Under the pieces are notes generated by a model, which saw nothing but the letters and a program-made list of their open reading frames with translations, was not told where the DNA came from and searched no databases. This document shows positions 59,513 through 64,000 of a DNA stretch of 64,000 nucleotides, in pieces. The position numbers were made by a program, and so were the translations under genes. Source of the stretch: an uncultured delta proteobacterium (GTDB lineage: Bacteria > Desulfobacterota > Desulfobacteria > Desulfobacterales > SpSt-501); assembly GCA_963700055.1 (NCBI GenBank), contig CAVOWH010000023.1, positions 64,201 through 128,200 of the forward strand, given 5' to 3'. Each line of letters starts with the position of its first letter. The stretch's first letter is position 1.

Positions 59513-61607
59513 AGGTTATGATTTGCTGCGCAGTCTCAAAGAGGCAGGAATCGTTATCCCAATGGCCTACGGTGATGTCAAAAAACCTGGGAAAAATCCG
59601 GGCTATCGGGTGGGTCTTGGCGATGACGGATTCCCGCAGATTATAGAGGAAATGGATGGGGAATCAATGGGAAGGCTTTGGTATCACAGGGAAGGTAAGC
59701 AGAACGCTTTTCCGGTCGTAAAGATACAGCATGCCCTATTGTCGGTCCCAATTGACGATGCGCTGAGAAAACGGGCTGACGCGCTAAAAAGGACCGAACA
59801 GACTCAACGGCTTGCATTACTAAGTGTAGCAATCGCAAACCGGGAGCTTCAGCTTCCCGAGCACGATGAGCAAACTTGGTATCGGTTGCGAAATAAGGCG
59901 CTCGACTGGTTAGACATCTTTGCAGAAATAGATGAGCGCTACCTTGCCCTGCCTTGCATGTTGCGCCGTTTCGTCGAGTCAATGGTGACACCAGCGAATG
60001 TGCTATGCCGTCTAAGTCAGTTGATCGTCCAGCGCCTCGAACAGGGACGACTGCAAAACGTGGCGCTCGCTGAGAAGCTGTTAGTAGGGGTACCCGACAG
60101 GGAAAGTCCAGGGAAACCGGCGAAGGCGCAAATTCCTGTGGTTTTCGACGTCGCGGAACTAAACTACCCTGTACCGGTAACCCATCCGAAAATGCGTTCG
60201 TACGTGATTGGTCGTCTCCGTGCGAGTGAGAGAAGAGAGCCTAACGGCATTTGTGCTTTGCAGGGCGTGCTGCAGCCTTTGTTGAAAAAGAGATTTCCTG
60301 AACCAAACCTGGGTGCGCTTGGAGAGACGAAACTCTTTTCAAAGAACAAGGATACGCCCTGCGAATTTCGGTACATTAAGAATCCGTTGGACTGGGAAGA
60401 CGCGTCAAAGTCATTCGCGGTTGGTCAATGGCTTGCGGATGATATAGCTGCTGGGCTAAGAACCCTCACTGAGCCAAATCTCAGGGGCAAAACCTGGCGC
60501 ATGGTTGCCAATGGCAAATGGGAGGGAAGCGGTCGAAGCAAAAAAGAGAAAAAGGACTTGTTGCTTGTTTACTGTGAAGGGCAACCCATTATCAGCGACG
60601 AAGCAGCGGACACGTTTGGGAGTGATGAAAGAGAAAAACGTGATCAGTTCGAGAATGACGCAAATGCGCTTTGTCGAGCCCTGGAGGGCGTCATCAAACA
60701 CCACCCCCAATCTTGTCTTCATCTCTTGCTGATCGGCAAGGCTGATAAGGAAAAAAAGCAGATTCTTATGCACTTGGCGCCAACACCACAAGAGGTGCTC
60801 GGCGCAGCCGAAAGGTGGCAAAAAGGGGTTCAAAGGAATTTACCGACAGTGAAGTTGCCGTTCCCTCCAGAGGAGAAGGGTCAAAATGCCTTTGAGGCTC
60901 AGCCCCTTCCGCCGTATCCCGACCGGGTGGTACGTCTACTCTCATCGGAATGGATCCGTGGCGGTACGGTTGAAATGAAGTTGCAAGGGCCGACGCTTCA
61001 CCACGTTTTGGATATGATGTTGCGAAGCCCCGGAAAATGGGAGCAGGCTGCGGATAATCTGCTTCAACTCACGATTAAACGGATAGGACCGCTGTTGATT
61101 GGTGTTGCTGCGGCTTTCCATTCAGGAGAAAAAGAACAAATCGAGAAATTCAAACCGCCTGCGCGAGAGACAGCGCTGCGTGCTGTCGCACTGCTTGGCA
61201 TCCTGCTCGATGCGCTTGGCCGAGAAAAGGAGATTTACATGGGCGAAACGGCATTCCAGTTGGGCCGCCTGCTATCACTGGCGGATACGCTGCACCGCGA
61301 GTACTGTGTGCACGTACGGAAAGACAGTATCCCACCTCAGTTGATAGGCAACGCCCTCATGCCAGCGGCTGCCGATAATCCTGAGGACGCCATCGATCGA
61401 CTGAGAGAGCGCATGAACATCTATCAGGCGTGGGCTACAAAGGTGCCTGGTGAAGAGGAAAAGTACCGTTTGGCAAAATGGGCCGTGGGGCAGATGGGAG
61501 AGATTTGTCACGCTATCAAGCGACCACTCCCGACAAAAACGGACCAAACTTTTCGTGCAGAGTTGTTTTTAGGCTATTTGGCCCGACCGCCTAAACAAAA
61601 CGAATAG
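59502..61607 (+). CDS. cas8c: Divergent Cas8c-like large subunit
   Basis: Lies between cas5 and cas7. CALQG; C-terminal AFQLGRLL...FLGY. Confidence 0.8.
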   Translation: MLSEGYDLLRSLKEAGIVIPMAYGDVKKPGKNPGYRVGLGDDGFPQIIEEMDGESMGRLWYHREGKQNAFPVVKIQHALLSVPIDDALRKRADALKRTEQTQRLALLSVAIANRELQLPEHDEQTWYRLRNKALDWLDIFAEIDERYLALPCMLRRFVESMVTPANVLCRLSQLIVQRLEQGRLQNVALAEKLLVGVPDRESPGKPAKAQIPVVFDVAELNYPVPVTHPKMRSYVIGRLRASERREPNGICALQGVLQPLLKKRFPEPNLGALGETKLFSKNKDTPCEFRYIKNPLDWEDASKSFAVGQWLADDIAAGLRTLTEPNLRGKTWRMVANGKWEGSGRSKKEKKDLLLVYCEGQPIISDEAADTFGSDEREKRDQFENDANALCRALEGVIKHHPQSCLHLLLIGKADKEKKQILMHLAPTPQEVLGAAERWQKGVQRNLPTVKLPFPPEEKGQNAFEAQPLPPYPDRVVRLLSSEWIRGGTVEMKLQGPTLHHVLDMMLRSPGKWEQAADNLLQLTIKRIGPLLIGVAAAFHSGEKEQIEKFKPPARETALRAVALLGILLDALGREKEIYMGETAFQLGRLLSLADTLHREYCVHVRKDSIPPQLIGNALMPAAADNPEDAIDRLRERMNIYQAWATKVPGEEEKYRLAKWAVGQMGEICHAIKRPLPTKTDQTFRAELFLGYLARPPKQNE
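61239..61607 (+). CDS. cas11: Internally translated Cas11 small subunit (122 aa)
   Basis: In-frame ATG at 61239 with AAGGAG 6 nt upstream, starting MGETAFQLGRLL. Confidence 0.7.
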   Translation: MGETAFQLGRLLSLADTLHREYCVHVRKDSIPPQLIGNALMPAAADNPEDAIDRLRERMNIYQAWATKVPGEEEKYRLAKWAVGQMGEICHAIKRPLPTKTDQTFRAELFLGYLARPPKQNE

Positions 61608-61624
61608 AGAAAGGAGCTACCATT

Positions 61625-62647
61625 ATGTCAAATGAGCAAAAGCAATCTATTCCACGCGCAACAGGGCTTCTTGTTATTGCTGTAGAGAACGTGAACCCCA
61701 ATGGCGACCCAGACCGAGAAAGTGATCCTCGCCAACGTAGTCACGACAGGCGTGGCTATATATCTGGAGTTTCGTTTAAGCGAAAGCTTCGGGATCTCGT
61801 TGAACTGAAAGAAGGCCCGGTGTGGCAGTACACAAAGGAGAAGCTGCGCCTTACCGATGACACATACTGCATTCTTGAATCTCGGGAGCGTGGATTCTCA
61901 GAGGTTAAAGATGCCGGGGAAGCTTGGCGCAAGGTTCTTGAGTTGATCGATAGAGGGAACAAAGGGGGTGCTGTTGCCAACAAGTATTGGGATGCGCGGG
62001 TTTTCGGTGCGACCTTTTTGGAAAAGGGTGAGGATGCTCCGCAAAAAGAAGGGGGGGCGGGCTCAAGCGACCGCAAGTATATACGCACCGGTGTCGCCCA
62101 GTTTGGGATTGCCGTTTCCGTAGCGCCAGTTCGAATCCATCGCGACACAAACACCAAGAAAGCGTCTGCCCAAGAGTCGAAAGATCGCGGGATGGCTCCT
62201 TTGGCTTGTAGATATGTGGAGCACGGCATCTATTGTATGCCCTTTTTCATAAACCCTACGGCCGCGTTACAGAGCGGGTGTGCTGTACCGGATATTGCCC
62301 TTCTCCTAAGTCTGATCAAGCAGGCTTATCCAAATACGAGATCGGTAGCTCGAAGCCACGGGCTCATCGAAATCCGTCACGCCTGGTACGCTGAGCATGA
62401 GGATGCCCTGGGCTCATTCTCTGAGTTTGAGTTCATTGAAAAGCTAACACCAAGGCGCAAGGGCGGAGATACGGAAACACCCTCGGTGAGTGGTATCCCG
62501 CTTGATGACCAGTACACCATACCGGTTGCTCTGCCAAGCGAAGGACCCCGTATATTTCGAGGTAAGCTTAAGGGCAGGCTGTATGACCTGTGCATGGAAA
62601 TGCCTGAATGGTGCAGCCAAATCAAGGGAGCGGGCGAGAATGGATAG
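61625..62647 (+). CDS. cas7: Type I-C-like Cas7
   Basis: NPNGDPD...PR, SGVSFKRKLRD, YWDARVFG, RTGVAQF. Confidence 0.92.
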   Translation: MSNEQKQSIPRATGLLVIAVENVNPNGDPDRESDPRQRSHDRRGYISGVSFKRKLRDLVELKEGPVWQYTKEKLRLTDDTYCILESRERGFSEVKDAGEAWRKVLELIDRGNKGGAVANKYWDARVFGATFLEKGEDAPQKEGGAGSSDRKYIRTGVAQFGIAVSVAPVRIHRDTNTKKASAQESKDRGMAPLACRYVEHGIYCMPFFINPTAALQSGCAVPDIALLLSLIKQAYPNTRSVARSHGLIEIRHAWYAEHEDALGSFSEFEFIEKLTPRRKGGDTETPSVSGIPLDDQYTIPVALPSEGPRIFRGKLKGRLYDLCMEMPEWCSQIKGAGENG

Positions 62648-64000
62648 AGATGTCCCTTTGGCCCATAGTCCTCGCGGGGGGGTCTCAGCGCAAACCTATT
62701 TTGAGCACGTAACAAACGTGCGACAGGAAGCAATCCGCAATGCGAGGAGCGCTGCTGCTTTTTATGACGGCGGCCGCGAAGCGTTTGTTGGCTGGGTCGA
62801 AGCTGCTGCCCTGTATCACGACCTGGGCAAGCTCGATAACGCAAATCAGGATGTCCTCGAACGGGCTTCACGAAATCCCCTGCTTATCGCTCACGAAGAT
62901 GCAGGTGTGGCCTCACTGTGGGGGCTCCGGCGGAAAGAATCAGCGGTGCTCGTTGCGGCCCACCATGCTGGACTATTCAGTAAGAGCGAAGAGAGTCCAC
63001 CAAACAAGAAGCGGCTGTTTCGAGACGAGCGAATTCCGCCTGACCTATACGGCTGCGCCGTCGACAAGCATGTCGATGGTCATCTCCATGAGTACCTATC
63101 CGTCCATGAGAAAGCCGGTCTTTGCAAGGCTGCCGAAACGAGCAATGAACGACTCCACCGCTGTGGTTTCACCCGCCGTATCGCCCTCTCCTGCCTCGTG
63201 GATGCCGATCACGGGGACACCGCTCGTCATTACGGTAACGAGGTCGAGGTTCCAGAAATCGAACCGCGATGGAAGGAGCGACTCGCGGCATTGCAGCGAT
63301 ACGTGGATGGACTGCCGGAGGGTAACACGGAGCCTGAGAGGAATCGCAACTTCTTGCGCAAGCGACTGTTCGATGCGTGCCGTGACGCTCCACTCAATCC
63401 ACCGATTCGTGCCTGCGACGCTCCCGTGGGCAGCGGCAAAACGACGGCAGTGATGGCCCACTTATTGCGAGTTGCGGCAGAACGAAAGCCCAAACTGCGG
63501 CACATCATCGTAGTTCTCCCCTACACAAACATTATCACCCAATCGGTTGAAACTTATCGAAAGGCGCTGGTGTTGGAGGGGGAACGCCCTGAGGACGTGG
63601 TGGCGGAGCATCATCATCGGGCGGACTTCACTGACTTGGAACTACGCCAACTTGCCACCCTCTGGAAAGCCCCGATTATCGTCACCACCGCTGTGCAGTT
63701 CTTTGAGACGATAGGCAGCCACCATCCAGCAAGGCTGCGGAAGCTGCATGAACTGCCTGGCTCGGCGGTATTTGTGGATGAAACGCATGCGGCGATTCCA
63801 TCTCATCTATGGCCGCAGATGTGGCGGTGGCTCGAAACCTGGACCCGCGACTGGGGTGGGCATCTGGTGTTGGCGAGCGGATCCTTGCCGCGATTCTGGG
63901 AACTGGACGAATACAAAGATGTCATTCGCGGCAATGGTCAGACGCCCATGCCTGGAGTGCCAGATTTGGTTACGGACGATCCCCTTCGCGATGACCTGAA
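62640..64000 (+). CDS. cas3: Cas3 HD nuclease-helicase, 3'-partial (absent from the ORF track because no stop falls in the window)
   Basis: Manual translation: LAHS, EHV, YHDLGK, HED, HHAG, LVDADH, APVGSGKT, LPYTNII, EHHH, TTAVQFFE, DETH. Confidence 0.92.
   Translation, partial: MDRDVPLAHSPRGGVSAQTYFEHVTNVRQEAIRNARSAAAFYDGGREAFVGWVEAAALYHDLGKLDNANQDVLERASRNPLLIAHEDAGVASLWGLRRKESAVLVAAHHAGLFSKSEESPPNKKRLFRDERIPPDLYGCAVDKHVDGHLHEYLSVHEKAGLCKAAETSNERLHRCGFTRRIALSCLVDADHGDTARHYGNEVEVPEIEPRWKERLAALQRYVDGLPEGNTEPERNRNFLRKRLFDACRDAPLNPPIRACDAPVGSGKTTAVMAHLLRVAAERKPKLRHIIVVLPYTNIITQSVETYRKALVLEGERPEDVVAEHHHRADFTDLELRQLATLWKAPIIVTTAVQFFETIGSHHPARLRKLHELPGSAVFVDETHAAIPSHLWPQMWRWLETWTRDWGGHLVLASGSLPRFWELDEYKDVIRGNGQTPMPGVPDLVTDDPLRDDL

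Noticed and set aside
62740-63453. 237-aa ORF in the track after cas7
   Set aside because: Out-of-frame overlap with the cas3 frame that starts at 62640.

Overview
A 64-kb, GC-rich, gene-dense bacterial window. Gene content suggests an anaerobic deltaproteobacterium (Desulfobacterota-like); this is inferred, not demonstrated. From left to right it holds: (1) a hybrid histidine kinase and an NdvA/ChvA-like ABC exporter; (2) an intact IS4 element beside a decayed integron at 5.7-8.7 kb, with three clear attC sites, four cassette genes and only the 3' end of intI. One cassette gene has an in-frame UGA at its catalytic Cys followed by a SECIS-like hairpin; (3) a sigma-54-linked cluster at 12.3-25.7 kb encoding an acyl-CoA ligase, TRAP transporter, SDR, secreted 3-hydroxybutyrate-oligomer hydrolase, CoA-transferase and thiolase/DUF35 pair; (4) toxin-antitoxin genes and a second, integrase-less cassette array at 26.8-28.5 kb; (5) a core-like block with a FabH-like protein, YchF-like protein, AsmA, a stand-alone NrdD glycyl-radical domain with NrdR-like boxes, frameshifted S1, HtpX, TrxB, an archaeal-type LonB and an HD protein; (6) a mosaic hotspot at 52.6-58.8 kb with a duplicated ~195-bp hairpin-promoter-attI-like module, an ISL3 element and several gene relics; (7) a type I-C-like cas operon in the order cas5-cas8c-cas7-cas3, with a probable internal cas11, running off the right edge. 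I saw no rRNA, tRNA or CRISPR array. All calls come from motif recognition by eye; no searches were run.
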